In this document: positions 35,166 to 54,754 of the stretch, piece after piece
How positions within the stretch are numbered: the first letter of the stretch is position 1
How the letters are laid out: the number at the start of each line of letters is the position of its first letter
Assembly: GCA_964016885.1 (NCBI GenBank)
Contig: OZ024764.1
Span: 24,862,001-24,926,000 of the forward strand
Direction of reading: 5' to 3'
DNA: 64,000 bases
Source of the DNA: Eledone cirrhosa
Taxonomy: Eukaryota
The notes under the pieces: model-generated
The model's input: only the letters and a program-made list of their open reading frames with translations
The model's database searches: none
Told to the model about the DNA's origin: nothing
Program-made: the position numbers and the translations under genes

Positions 35166-38100
35166 TAGTTGTTATATAGTAAGGTATATTATTGGTTGTG
35201 TAAAACGGTCCAATAAATTTTTGTTAACAATATTAAGTTCTCCACGCTTTTGTATATCTCCAATTCCATTCAAGGGAACAGCTAGATGATGTAAAACGGA
35301 GTATAAGTATCAAAATGAAAATCCGAAGGCAAGGTAAAATTCCAATCATTTAATCACGACACATGTTTCAATAAGAGATAGATCGATCATGAAGCCATGA
35401 TCGATTATCACTGATCTCATCAGGTGAAAATGAATTGTCTTCAAATTCTTGATATGAGGGAGAAAATTAGCAATGTTCACTCACAGAGTTTATTCCCTCA
35501 TATGAAGATCCAACAGTCAGAAATACAGCGACTGCTATCAACTTCAGTTGAGGTCATAAAACTGTCAGATTTCTGTATCCCAATAGCTGCAAAGACACTG
35601 GACATTAATCAAATCTATAGAAATACAGTCGGTCACAGTTAATGTGAGTGGGTACACACACACTTAACACCCACACACACCGGCTCGAGATCAAAGAAAA
35701 AAGAAATATATATATACACATATCAACACAGTAACACACCTGTAGAACTATAGGTCACAATTAGTGTGAGTGGGTACACACACACACCGAAGCGATGTCG
35801 GAAAAAAAACAACAAATATAAGAATATACCAACAAAGGATTCACCGAAAGTTAGTTTACAAAACAACGTTGGTCAAATCTCAATTTGACGATATAAATTG
35901 GAAATATCGGGTTAACCACAGCCCCCCCCCCCCCCACACGCACGCAAGTGGGTTCAGTTCAGTGTTTTGCTATACGTGAATTGTAACATCCGTATCTCCA
36001 AATAGTGTATGCTATGGTATATACACATCCGTATCATCCAAAACAGTGTATGTCAGGTATATAACATCCATGTGAAGAGCAAGTAGTCAGCTCATATTGA
36101 ACTCTATGTGCCGTTGTCCCATTGAGAATCTGAGTCCCCAAAACCGTGCGTGCAAGCAACCGCAATGTAGGCCAGCAAGGGGCTCCGTGTAGGGTTGGGT
36201 ATTTGGGTTAATGTGTCAGTAAGTGCGATTTCCCGTCATATGGGCCCTTGGGCTTTTAAGATATGTGTTTGAGTGGTGGAGGTGTGTTATCCAACACAAA
36301 AGATAAAGTAAAATAACAGGATAGCAAAACCCAGAGGATGTGTGTAGGCCCATTAATGGTGTGTAAGTATTATTGTTCAATCCGTAACTGTGAGCACTCC
36401 ATGGTTAGATGTTCGCAGATCAAAACCTAGTGTAGTGTTCAATCGGTAGGAACGTGACCAGTCGCAACTGTGGGAACTCAATGTCTAAAGACAACAGGTA
36501 CTGTGTGTTGTGTAGAGTTATGTATAGAGAGCGTAATCGGTCCTAACTGAGTGTGCAATACGACTAGCTACATCCCAACTGAGAGAACTCAATGGTTAGG
36601 GTATCTTAAAGTAAAGGTAGCTGCGCGTAATCGGTCTTGCCTGAGTGTGTAATGAATTACTAACTAGGTATACTGAGTGTGTAATCATTCTAACTATTTA
36701 CTAGCTAGGTATTCTGAAAAGTGCACTCAGCTGTGAGAACTCTGTGGAAACAGGTCGAGTACCTTTGTAAGTGTGAAAACAATCTTAGCCGTCTAACTAC
36801 CTGAGTGTGTGACTGTTGAGAGAATTCTATGGCTAAAGTAGAGAGGGAGGAGTTAGTGGTAGGTTACTTTCCAAAAATCCTGCGGAAGGTTTGTAAGGTT
36901 CTATGTTGGCAGTTGCTGAAAAAATCTGCACTCCTATTAATTAATAGGGGGCCGCCTCTGATAATATTAAAAGTTTCAGCTACACATAAATTGCAGACGC
37001 CAGTGCTGCCGTTATAAGGTTGGTCTGAGCAAATTATGGACCAGGATAAGGAGTGCTCTATATTCTGATGTTTAAGCTTCCAGACTAATTCAGAAAGCGC
37101 CGTGCAATTTTTTTTTATCTAATCTATTAAAGGTAGGGCGGTGATTATACCATCTATCCTTAAATACAGTGGCAGTTGCCCCGACATACCTGAAGGTTCT
37201 ATCAGGAGTGGAGACCTTACAGTCGCAGACTATGTTTTTGGTGAGGCATTTCCCAGCCATGGGGCAGGTGGCGGTGCTCTTGCAGTTACATTTTTTGTTA
37301 TCGACCTGGGTAGTTCCAGATGAGCCACGGTACCATTGTGGTCGGGTCTCAGTTCCTGTCTGCTCTATGGGTAAATTCCCTGGGGTTGGGGAGATCGACT
37401 CGCCTCACGTGTATGAGTCGGTTCCTCCATAGAGCTGCCATTAAAACTGCCATGTCTAATTCCTCCTTGGGTTGTCCTAAGTCTACTATAATTCATTTTA
37501 GCTATATTCTGAGCTATTTTACTAGTTGTGGAGTAGGACAGCTTGATTGTATTACTATTGAATATTTTATCGTATCTGTGTGATCTAGGGAAGCATTTGT
37601 CTAAGGCCCTAAAGAAAAGCTTAGCTATACTAGTGGTCAGGCCAGTGGAGTAAGGTGGGTTATACCACAGGATTTTTCTGGTCCGATGCCTCTTGTTCTT
37701 ACTAACTATATTAGTGTTACCTGTCTCTTTAGTAGCTACTGGTCTATTATAACTGGAAATTGCCAGTGGGTCGATGGAATCCTGGGGTGTCACGATTGTG
37801 TTCGGAATCGTCCCAAGTTTCCGTGCAGCCATTGGAATTACCCTCGATAGCCGGGGTTATATCCACTATGCGTCTGTTACACCTATCCCTATTCCCTTTA
37901 CTCGACCCTCGTTCCATATTACGTTCAACGGTTGTTTTATCAGTTCTAAAATTAAGGTTACAATTAGAGTTTCCGCTGGCATTAGGGTGCTCAGACCCCA
38001 TGTTAGTACCTGGGTGGTTGCTTCCATTGGTACCTTCAATATTGGGACTAGGCGGCAATACAACATGAAGTCTATATAAATCCTCCCTCGTATCACGCCG

Positions 38101-38180
38101 GCTGTTAACTACAGTGTCACTATTTTGGCCTAAGCTATCGCAGGTAATGTTGCTACTACTAGTTAATGGACGTTTGAATG
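35166..38180 (-). mobile_element. 5'-truncated Penelope-like element with long 3' UTR; hammerhead at 35354-35427
   Basis: WYNPPYS...IFNSNTIKLSYS (37365-37832); GIY-YIG remnants (CPMAGKCL, YVGAT, CNLC) at about 36860-37290; TCAC-CTGATGA...GAAAC-ATGT-GTC-GTGA. Confidence 0.8.
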
Positions 38181-39020
38181 AGATTCCCTCGCTATGCCCC
38201 ACGCGTTTCAGGGCGCTATTATAGTAATTTGGAAGATAGACACTTTCCCATAGGTCATAAATACTGCTCCATCTTTAACCGACACAAAGTTAAACTAGGA
38301 TACTCCTGCACTAACAACATGGAGGCCCACATCACCAACACCCCACCAGGGTGCTCTAGCCGTAAGCTTGAAGCTTGCTCCCTTCAACAGCAATGCAACA
38401 CACCAGCTGTAATTTATGAAGCTGTGGTCACTTCCAACTGACCAAACCAACCACAGGAGGTCAAATCCTATGTGGGCATGGCGGAGGACCGATTTAAGGA
38501 ACGTTTCCTGAACCACCAGTTTACTTTCAGGTACCCGGACAGATGTTCAGCCACGAAACTCGCGAGCAACGTATGGTCCCCCAAGGACTCAAGTATAGAC
38601 TACTCCATTCAATGGAAAGCCATCACTAAGTCCAAGCCATACGCAAGGGGAAATCCGACGTGTGGCTTATGTATTGACGAACGAATTCTAAAGAGATTAC
38701 GCAATAGTGATTGCCTAAACACGAGAAATGAATTTTTCACACGTTGTCCACACGTCGCCAAACACCTATTGCATAACTACAAGGCTCCGGACTGAATCAT
38801 TGTAATTTTCTTATCAACTAAAAGCTTTTCGCACTTTCGCAGTTATCTCCCTTACACCTCTCGCACGCATTCTAGTATTGCCTAGTATAACCGGGTTTCT
38901 GCGCATGCGCGTTCGTACGGTTATCCATCCTGTTCCTATAACCATGCCCATTACGAGCTGAGGATCCACTAGGGTGAAACAATTGTTCTCGGTATGGTGA
39001 ACTAACTGTTGTGTAGCCAC

Positions 39021-39023
<3 letters not shown>
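38180..39023 (+). mobile_element. 5'-truncated Penelope-like element (GIY-YIG); hammerhead at 38948-38997
   Basis: IFNRHKVKLGYSC, VIYEA...YVG, FKERFLNH, CGLC, CPH; CGAG-CTGAGGA-TCCACTAGGGT-GAAAC-AATT-GTT-CTCG. Confidence 0.85.
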
Positions 39024-39077
<54 letters not shown>

Positions 39078-39114
39078 TGGCTACACAACAGTTGTATTGA
39101 AAGCTAAATATGAC

Positions 39115-39159
<45 letters not shown>

Positions 39160-39163
<4 letters not shown>

Positions 39164-39393
39164 CGAATCTATTTATCTATAAAACTGTTTATATTGTATT
39201 TTCTCTGAGGAAGGCATAGCATATTGTTAATATGATATCCCCGAAATATATATAATGAAATAAATATGGTTTTATAAATATAGTTTCCATTTATTTAATA
39301 TTGTAAATATACTCCAAATATTTGTCGAGTGCTTTTACATCAGTTATAAATATTTACTAGTTGTAACCCAACAATTTTAAATATAACTTTTCA
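39160..39393 (+). mobile_element. Solo pLTR of the 43056 Penelope family; hammerhead at 39197-39262
   Basis: Matches the reverse complement of 43056-43290; CTGAGGA...GAAATATATATA. Confidence 0.8.
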
Positions 39394-39412
39394 TGTATAT
39401 ATATATATATAT

Positions 39413-42070
39413 ATTTGTGTCATATTTAGCTTTCAATAGCTGGATATACACTTGCGGTCGCTACTCCATACAAGTGAAAGCAGTACTCGGTATTAGAGCA
39501 TTTGTGCCTCACCGAAACATCCAACAATAGTTGATATGATCGCCTTGCCACTAGTAGTATGAACCAAATTCATAGTTACTTGATCATTGCCTTATCTACT
39601 GATACGACATCCTGCTTACCAATGTCGTCATTTAACCCAGTCAGGATTGGTTTAACAGATTGCCTATCAGGGCCAAAGAGCTCTGTCCGCCCGGCTTTGA
39701 AATCAGAGTGGTCCCTCTCCTAGACAGATTGCCTACCAAGTATCACAATTTTTGGATGGCCGTTGACTCTTATGAGTTCTTCCGCCTTTTGTCAGGTTTT
39801 GGATTTTGTGCTGCAGGATGTCCAAAATCACCCTCCTCACCAAGTAAACTTGATGGGGTTGCCAGTTTAGTCAACGACGACCCGACAATGCGACAGGTTA
39901 CATGTTACCAGTTACATGTTACCAGTAGCACTCGAGAGTGGCCTGACATATGCAAATGTTACTCCTTACAACTGGCTAGTTCTGAATACAATCCTGAGAC
40001 TTACAAAACCTTTGTAACCTAACTGAGAAACTGACTTGCTGTCCTACAAGACTCTGCGCTACAAAATCGTCAAATTCTACATTTAACCACTTTCAAATGG
40101 CATTCAAAGAGGCAGCGGCCGACACCATCCCTTTAAAACCCAAGATTAAAAAACGAAAACCCTGAGAAACAGAGAGGATACGCCAAAAGCGCAAAAGTTG
40201 CGAAAAGCTGCAGAATTGAAAGACACTCAACGATCTCCAGAAAACATTAGTAACTTCAGTGCTGCTTGTACAGCACTGAAAAGTGAGTATGAAATTGAGC
40301 AAGCCGAATACATGCAGAGAAAGATCAATCATATCTCGAGTCCTGTCAGCAATAAGAAGTCTGCTGAAGCCTGGAAAACTGTCAATGAAATTAGTGGCAG
40401 AAAAAGTAGTGACAGAGCCAAACTGAAAGCCTCCAGCCAGGATGAAGGTTTAAAACTGTGGCAACAACATTTTCAAAACCTACTTGGCAAGGCACCACAG
40501 ATCATCGAAGAAGAAATAATACCCGTTTTTACAGAGGAACACGAAATACAGAAAGGTCCTTTCACTTTGGAGGAACTACAGAAGGCAGTGAAAAGTATTG
40601 GTAACGGAAAAGCGTGCGGACTCGACGAGATCCCGGCTAAAGTGTGGAAGGTACCTGAATTTCACCCAATCCTACTAGAGTTGCGTAATGGTGTCTATAA
40701 TCAAGACCCCATAGACAAATGGTCTGAGGGATGTATACTCCCTTTTCCCATAAAGGGCGATCTTGGAATGGCTAAAAACTACCGTGGCAAAACACTAATG
40801 GCAATTGCCGCAAAGATATACAATCTCATGCTGTTTGACAGAATAAGACCTGTCATTGACCCCTTGCTGAGAAAAAATCAAAATGGCTTCCGCACCAACA
40901 GATCAACATCAGGGCAAATACTTACAATTCGGCGTATCTTGGAAGGCGTAAAAGCCCAAAACCTCCCAGCAACTCTCCTGTTTATTGACTTTTCAAAAGC
41001 ATTCGATTCCATCCATCGTGGGAGGATGAGAGAGATACTTATAGCCTACGGCTTGCCAAGGGAAACAGTAAATGCCATCATGATGTTATATAAAAACACC
41101 CGCGCAATGGTGCGCTCACCTGATGGAGATACCAACTTCTTTGACATCATTGCAGGAGTACTCCAAGGGGATACGCTTGCACCATTTATTTTTATTATCT
41201 GCCTCGACTATGTATTGAGAAAAGCCCTGGACGAAAACTTAGAGCTTGGTTTCACTCTCACAAAGTGAAAGTGTAGACGCCATGCAGCTCAGAAAATCAC
41301 CGATGCTGACTATGCGGATGATTTAGCGGTCCTCGCTGACTACCTTAAGGATGCAACATTACTACATCACATCATCGAATCAGTTGCAAAGGAAATCGGA
41401 CTCTATGTCAACGCAGGCAAAACAATATATTTGCCTGAACCAAGACTCCTCAGTTTGGTATGCGAAGTCTAAACGGCGATATAATCAAGCAAGTTGACGA
41501 CTTCAAATACCTGGGTAGCTATATCGCCTCCACAGAACATGATGTTAACATCAGACTGGGAAAAGCCTGGGGAGCACTGAATGCAATGAAAAATATAAGG
41601 AAATCAAACCTGCCGGCCAAACTGAAAAGGAGTTTCTTCAGAGCTGCTGTGGAATCTGTGCAGGTTTATGGCTCTGTCACTTGGACGCTAACGTCGAAAC
41701 TGGAGAAAAAGCTAGACGAGGCATACACACGTATGCTCTGCGCTGCTTTAAACGTGTCTTGGAGGGAACACCCAACAAATAAGGATCTCTATGGCAATAT
41801 ACCACCTATCAGAAGGTCAACACATGGGCAGAGACTCAGATTTGCTGGCCATTGTTGGCACCGCAAGGAAGAAATAGCAGGTGATGTGTTGTTATGGAGT
41901 CCATCTCATGGAGCAAGAAACGCTGGTCGTCCCAAGAAGACATACGTCAAGCAACTTGAGGACGATACTGGATGCACTGCGGAAGAACTGGCAAACGCTA
42001 TGAGAGACAGAGATGGATGGAGGAAACGCGTCGTAGAAGGCCGAGCAAGCTCGAACTGATTATGATAAAG
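39413..42070 (+). mobile_element. RTE-group LINE with inverted 5' segment (39413 to about 39960, minus) and RT on plus (about 40020-42059)
   Basis: NQNGFR, IDFSKAFD, GVLQGDTLAP, DYADD, FKYLG, FAGHCW; the inverted part carries a 5'UTR-like GGCAATCTGTCTAGGAG motif and ends in LLKAKYDTN. Confidence 0.82.
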
Positions 42071-42153
<83 letters not shown>

Positions 42154-42175
42154 GTATATATGTATATGTATATAT

Positions 42176-42636
<461 letters not shown>

Positions 42637-42642
42637 TATACG

Positions 42643-42702
<60 letters not shown>

Positions 42703-42708
42703 TATGTG

Positions 42709-42798
<90 letters not shown>

Positions 42799-42799
42799 C

Positions 42800-42864
<65 letters not shown>

Positions 42865-42877
42865 CATATATATATAC

Positions 42878-42908
<31 letters not shown>

Positions 42909-42920
42909 CATATATACGTA

Positions 42921-46977
<4,057 letters not shown>

Positions 46978-46983
46978 GATATG

Positions 46984-47033
<50 letters not shown>

Positions 47034-47111
47034 GATATGTATATATATATGTATATATATGTATATATATATATATGTATATATATGTATATATATATAT
47101 GTATATATATG

Positions 47112-47206
<95 letters not shown>

Positions 47207-47207
47207 G

Positions 47208-47346
<139 letters not shown>

Positions 47347-47347
47347 A

Positions 47348-47558
<211 letters not shown>

Positions 47559-47559
47559 G

Positions 47560-47595
<36 letters not shown>

Positions 47596-48249
47596 CATAT
47601 ATGTAGATAAATCTACCAAGAGTTTACGGTAGTGTCCAATCCGTATGAAGAACTCAATGTATTCCGGATATCATGGAAAGATAAACGGTATACAGAGTCA
47701 TTAGTTTATAGATACATCTATATTAGGCAGTCTGCTCAGACCGTTGAATACTGACCCCTCCCCCCCCCCTCCCACCTAATTTCTGTATCTTGATCTAAAA
47801 ATGTGTGTGCCAGTGTTTTATGTGAGTGAATTAATATCCATGTGCTTATGATTTTATATCCACATATATAAATGTGAGTGGGGGTGTGTGTGTGTTTGTA
47901 TGTTCGTGGTTATGTGTATATTTATGCATATACGCGCGTGTATGTGTGATTGTACGGATATGTGTGAGTATGAAAAAATATATTTGTATACTTAATTTCA
48001 TAAGTGTCAATACGCATCTTATCTGTGCATTATAAATTTACAGAGACATTAACCTTGAAATTTTGTATTTGCATCCATCCTTTTAGTATGCGTATACAAA
48101 TTATACATACATTTTTGTAAAATATGTGTAAGGGTTTTACATGTATATACACACACCGAACTGCATTTAACCCTTTGTGTTTTCATTGGTCAATTTTGTT
48201 CCCAAACGGACCTGAAATTTTGAATTGTTGTTATTATCAATAAATATAC

Positions 48250-48404
48250 TTCATTATTTCTGAAGACGGCGTATATATGTGTTTGGTATGTATATTTAAT
48301 CTTGATAATTTGTATAATTTTGTATAATTTTGTACATAGATCTGTTGAATATGCATACCAATTCTAACACATATATATCCTAGAAACGATCGTTAAATAA
48401 TGAA
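48250..48404 (+). ncRNA. Hammerhead with very long helix II (Penelope remnant 47605-48446)
   Basis: 10-bp helix I TTCATTATTT/AAATAATGAA, CTGAAGA, about 115-nt helix II, GAAAC-GATC-GTT. Confidence 0.7.
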
Positions 48405-48485
48405 CTTTTTTTGTTTAATATAAGGAATTGTTTATTCATTATTTGTTTAATATTTTATATACATATATATATATATATAGATATG

Positions 48486-48521
<36 letters not shown>

Positions 48522-48541
48522 CATATATATATATAGATATG

Positions 48542-48578
<37 letters not shown>

Positions 48579-48639
48579 GTATATATATGTATATATATAT
48601 ATATGTATATATATGTGTATATATATATATATATGTATA

Positions 48640-48985
<346 letters not shown>

Positions 48986-48992
48986 TATATAC

Positions 48993-49132
<140 letters not shown>

Positions 49133-49133
49133 G

Positions 49134-49286
<153 letters not shown>

Positions 49287-49332
49287 GTATATATACATAT
49301 ATATATACATATATATATATATATATTCATAC

Positions 49333-49404
<72 letters not shown>

Positions 49405-49411
49405 GTATATA

Positions 49412-49822
49412 ATATAAGATCAAAAGATGGTTAAAGGAGTTCCATGTATTTTATTATGCGCATTTCAAAAACAAACATCATCATGCAATAATATTTGTGT
49501 TTTCATCAGATAAAACAGGTGAACATGATATGAAGGCTAAAAAACACTTGTGGATAGTGCAGTTTTAAATCAACATATAAAACTGCACTATCCACAAGTG
49601 TTTTTTAGCCTTCATATCATGTTCTCCTGTTTTATCTGATGAAAACACAAATATTATTGCATGATGATGTTTGCTTTTGAAATGCGCATAATAAAATACA
49701 TGGAACTCCTTTAACCATCTTTTGATCTTATATTATGTATACTCCAGTCCTACAAACTGTAGAGTGCTTCTTATCCGATATCTGCATTGCTTTATTGTAC
49801 TACAATAAAACTCACCTCCTAC
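49412..49822. mobile_element. Fold-back Penelope pLTR element; hammerhead at 49628-49698 with mirror copy
   Basis: About 155-bp arms 49412-49566 and 49579-49734; TGTTTTAT-CTGATGA...GAAA-TGCGCATA-ATAAAATA; collapsed copy at 59351-59436. Confidence 0.82.
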
Positions 49823-49831
49823 ATATATATG

Positions 49832-49927
<96 letters not shown>

Positions 49928-49934
49928 TATATAC

Positions 49935-49966
<32 letters not shown>

Positions 49967-49968
49967 TC

Positions 49969-50005
<37 letters not shown>

Positions 50006-50027
50006 CATATATATATATATATATATA

Positions 50028-50105
<78 letters not shown>

Positions 50106-50122
50106 CATATATATATATATTC

Positions 50123-50193
<71 letters not shown>

Positions 50194-50194
50194 C

Positions 50195-50250
<56 letters not shown>

Positions 50251-50261
50251 GTATATATATG

Positions 50262-50296
<35 letters not shown>

Positions 50297-50298
50297 TC

Positions 50299-50394
<96 letters not shown>

Positions 50395-50400
50395 AAATAT

Positions 50401-50469
<69 letters not shown>

Positions 50470-50694
50470 TATATAGATAGATATATATGTATGTATATAT
50501 CGGCACATGGCTTAGTGTTTAGAGCATTGACCTTGCAATCAAAAGGTTGTGAGTTCAATTCTCAGACTGGGTGATGTGTTGTTTCCTTGAGCAAGACACT
50601 TTATTTCACATTGCTCCAGTTTACTCAGCTGTAGAAATGAGATGATAGGACTGGGGTCCCTATCATTCCACTGCAAAGTGGTCGTGTTGGTCTC

Positions 50695-51254
50695 TCCGCA
50701 CGAAACAAAGTATCATGAAAGTTGAAGCACCCCAAATGTCAATTACAAAAAAGATAGATGGCATGACAGGCCTTGACTATTGGAGTCGATTAGAAAATCT
50801 CAACCTTTATCTCTCCAATGTCGCCGTGAGCGCTACATTATCTGCATGATGTGGAAAGTATTCCATCAGCTTAGTCCAAATGATGTTGGCATCACCTTTA
50901 GTGTACACCCAAGGCTTGGGCACCGTGCTATCTGCCCACGACAAAAATCCCACTCGCATCACATAACAACAATACGACACAATTATTTCACCTCAATTGG
51001 CCCTGCACTATTTAACATTACACCAAAACACATCAAAATAGAGACAGACCCCATCAAGTTGAAGAAGTCTTTGGATAAATTCCTTCAAGAAATCCCGGAT
51101 AAGCCTCCTACACCCGGATATGCCTCCGTAAACAATAACTCTCTGCTCGAGTGGGCCATGGTGCCCAAACACTGATTTGTAAGACTTCGCCAGGTGGTGC
51201 TATTAAGTTAGACATGGCCTGGGCCAATACTGGCCGCAAGTTATCAAAGTTATG
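50695..51254 (+). mobile_element. CR1/Jockey-group LINE 3' fragment
   Basis: ...TKKIDGMTGLDYWSRL.../LQCRRERYII...SLDKFLQEIPDKP; AAGTTATC tail repeat. Confidence 0.65.
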
Positions 51255-52563
51255 TATAGATACATATATCTCTCTCTATGTATATATAAACATATATATA
51301 TATGTATATTTTTAAGGAACGATCGACTTTCGTCAAATCGGACCGAGGGAACAATGTTTCCGTTGGTCTTTCCAATTGCTAATACTATCTATCGGTCGCA
51401 ACACCAGGTAGAAGGGGCAACGTGAAATAAAGTGTCTTGCTCAAGGACATAACGCATCGCCTGGTCCAGGAATCGAACTCACAACCTTACGATTGCGAAT
51501 CCAATTCTCTAACCACTCAGCTACACGCCTTCATATATATATATATGTATATATATATCATCATCATCATCATCATCTTCGTTTAACGTCCATTTTCCAT
51601 GCTAGCATGGGTCATATATATACATATATATATATGTATATATATATGTATATATATATACATATATACTCTTAGTACGGCTGTACATTTTCCGTTTATA
51701 CATATATATTTATATATATATTCATATATATATATATATATATACATTTATATGTACATATATATGTACATATAAATGTACATATAGACAATATGCCCCC
51801 CCCCCCCCACACACACACACTGTAAAGTTGTCGTGGAGGTGCCACGGCAAAAAAGCACCCAGCACTCACTGTAAATGAGGTTGGTGTTAGAGAAGCTGTA
51901 GAAATAGAGCCAGAATCAGTTCCCGTATGAGCAAGACATGGTCAGCCGACCGGATGCTGCCCACAACAGGACATCCCGTCTAACCCATGCTAGCGTGGAA
52001 GAACAGACATAAAACGGTGATGATGATGATGATGATAATATATATACATATATATGTATATATATGTACATATATACATACATATATATATACAGTGAAG
52101 GCACAGGGCTTAGTGGTTAGAGCCTTGGCCTTGCAATCGAAAGGTTGTGAGTTCAATTCTCAGACCAGGTGATGTGACACTTTATTTCACGTTGCTCCAG
52201 CTTACTCAGCTAAAAATGAGTACCAGCAATAGTTGGAGGTAGGTTTAACCCTGCGTCCTGTCCAGGGGGAGTCTTGTACTCTCAGTCACTTCACGCCATG
52301 AAACCGGGAAAAGCACCGGCCAAATGACCCTTCTGGCTTAAGACAGACTTTAGACCTACGGCCTGCCCGCCCAGCCAGTGGGATGGCGACATCATATGGC
52401 TAAAACAGCAACGTGCTCTGACCAGAGGCGCCATTCAGCGCTCGACAGACTGGTTGGTCAAGGTGATCAAGTTGATATATATACATGCATACCCATATAT
52501 ACATATGTATATATGTATATATATACACATATATATATACATGTATATCTATACATATATATG

Positions 52564-52606
<43 letters not shown>

Positions 52607-52937
52607 CGAAGGAAATGTGGTAAGGAACCAGGTGGACCATAACGCACCAAAGTACTCAATACTTTGGGTAGTAGAGTGGGTAATAGGAACCAGTAAGACC
52701 CCGACGGCTGAGCTCAAGCCGTTTCGACGGCTAATTCTGGACTAAATGAAAATTTATCCTGGTATTTGAATAGCCGAGCTTCTCAAGGCGTAATTCCATA
52801 TATGGTCAAAGTGATTGTCACAAGGATTGGTCACAAGTTAGTAGTAATTCTGTGATGGCAAATTAGTGGGGGAAGGGGTAGCTAAACCTGCCAGTAAGAG
52901 AATATATAGTTATGTAATAAACAACATAAGATAATTA

Positions 52938-52997
52938 TTTCATTTACCAGTGGTTTCTTGAAAGCAAACAAATTTGCTTTCAGTCATCAGAATGAAA
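52938..52997 (-). ncRNA. Type I hammerhead (family also begins at about 63955-64000)
   Basis: TTTCATT-CTGATGA-C TGAAAGCAAA...TTTGCTTTCA A-GAAA-CCACTGG-TA-AATGAAA. Confidence 0.7.
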
Positions 52998-54019
52998 AAA
53001 TCCTGGTGTATTTATTGACAGTGGATTTTAAGCATATGACTATGTTTGGTGTGGTGGTGGTGGCGATGGTGTGATATGATCGACATTGTATTTACAAGGT
53101 CCCTTGTCATTGTGGATTGCAAGGTAGAACGTATCATAGGATACCGATTTAATACGATGTTGCAACGATGAGGTGTGTATGTTGATGTGAATTTTGGTGG
53201 TGGTGATGGTGATGTGTGCGGCATGATATACAAATGCGGGCTTAGAAATGGTTACATGGAGTACATTACAATAAGTTCATTGAGGAGGGCGATGTTGAGA
53301 CGGGGTATATGTGGTTATTAATATGGTGTGTCATGGTTAGTGTGATTTTTGGTGTGGGTTATGTATGCGGCATGATATACAAAATACGGGCTTACATATG
53401 GTTAAATACAATGCAATGAAATAAGATAAAGTGAAGTTAGATTAGAATTAACGTTCGTTGAGATGGGCGATGGTGATACGGGGCAGATGCGGTTATTAAT
53501 ATGGTGTGTCATGGTTAGTGCGTGGTCCTCCCGCGAAAGTTTGTGCAGAAAAGGTGTGCATCCTAGTGTGTCTGCAATTGACAATTATGTCCGACCTATA
53601 GTTTATGGCGGAATCAAGTTTAATTATTTCCGCCGCCTCAGCTAGGCACAATCTGCAGTGGTTTCTGTCACTGGGGATGTATGCCACGCGTCTTTTTACT
53701 GACCACGAAATCTGGGGTTCAATATTCCTGTCCTTGAGGAAATCTCTAAAATATACAAAACATCAACACGAGAAAACCTAGCACACATAAATAAACAGGC
53801 GAAATCAATAATGACCGAACTTAGTATTGACGACAGGACCTTTCCTTACAACCATAGTCATATGCCTACCATACACGCCCACAACCTCATCCCCCCATGT
53901 TCCCTCTGTCTACCCTAACCTACAACCCCACGCTAGATTCGACCCTGTAATTGTACTGTCGCACGCACACACAACCACAGCCACCTCTAGATACATCCAA
54001 ATACCTCAACAATCATTAT

Positions 54020-54345
54020 AATAATAATAATAATGAAATTATTGTGTACAGTGCTCAGGTGCACTACAACTCATCAAAGGTGCATGTATAGTACATAGAA
54101 TAATAAAGTGTCAGGAAAATAAACAGTGTATGAGTCATGATATAATAACAATAACAATAATGAAATATTGTGCACAGTGCCCAGGTGCACCACAACTCAT
54201 CAAAAAAGTGCATGTACAGTACATAGGGCAATGCACAAACATCAGTAAAATGAACAGTGCACGAGTCATGATACACACATGTGTGCATGTGTATGGAAGG
54301 GGTACATCAGGTGTAGTTTTGGCGTATTTTGGGAAGCATATCACC
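54020..54345 (-). mobile_element. Dispersed retroposon 3' end with (TAT)n tail, tandemly doubled; another copy at 19028-19180(+)
   Basis: GATGAGTTGTAGTGCACCTGAGCACTGTACACAATAATTTCATTATTATT shared between the loci. Confidence 0.6.
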
Positions 54346-54718
54346 CCTCGCTCCCAGATCGACTGTATTATAGACCCCCACCCACCCCACCCCCCCGTCC
54401 GCCTTACCCTATAACACACCGTAACCTCTGATCATGTAACCATCTCGTCGAACACATCACCCCAGCACCACCACCATCACCATGTCCGCAACACACATCG
54501 CCGTACGCCCATAAACACCTTCTAACCGGTATTCGATCCTGTATATATATTTTGTCCCTCACAACTCCACCAGCACCACCACCACAAAACACAACTCCAT
54601 ACTTCACCAACACCAACAACACACACCCCCACTCCCCAACCAACAATAGCGTGTGTGTCGGTGTGTAAGTATTCTTACACATACGGACCTATGAGTGTGC
54701 GTGCGAGTACGCATAGTT

Positions 54719-54754
<36 letters not shown>

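Noticed and set aside
38439-38441. In-frame TGA in a Penelope GIY-YIG ORF as possible selenocysteine
   Set aside because: It falls in a variable loop, not at a conserved Cys; no SECIS was seen; the copy is otherwise decayed; CGA>TGA decay is simpler.
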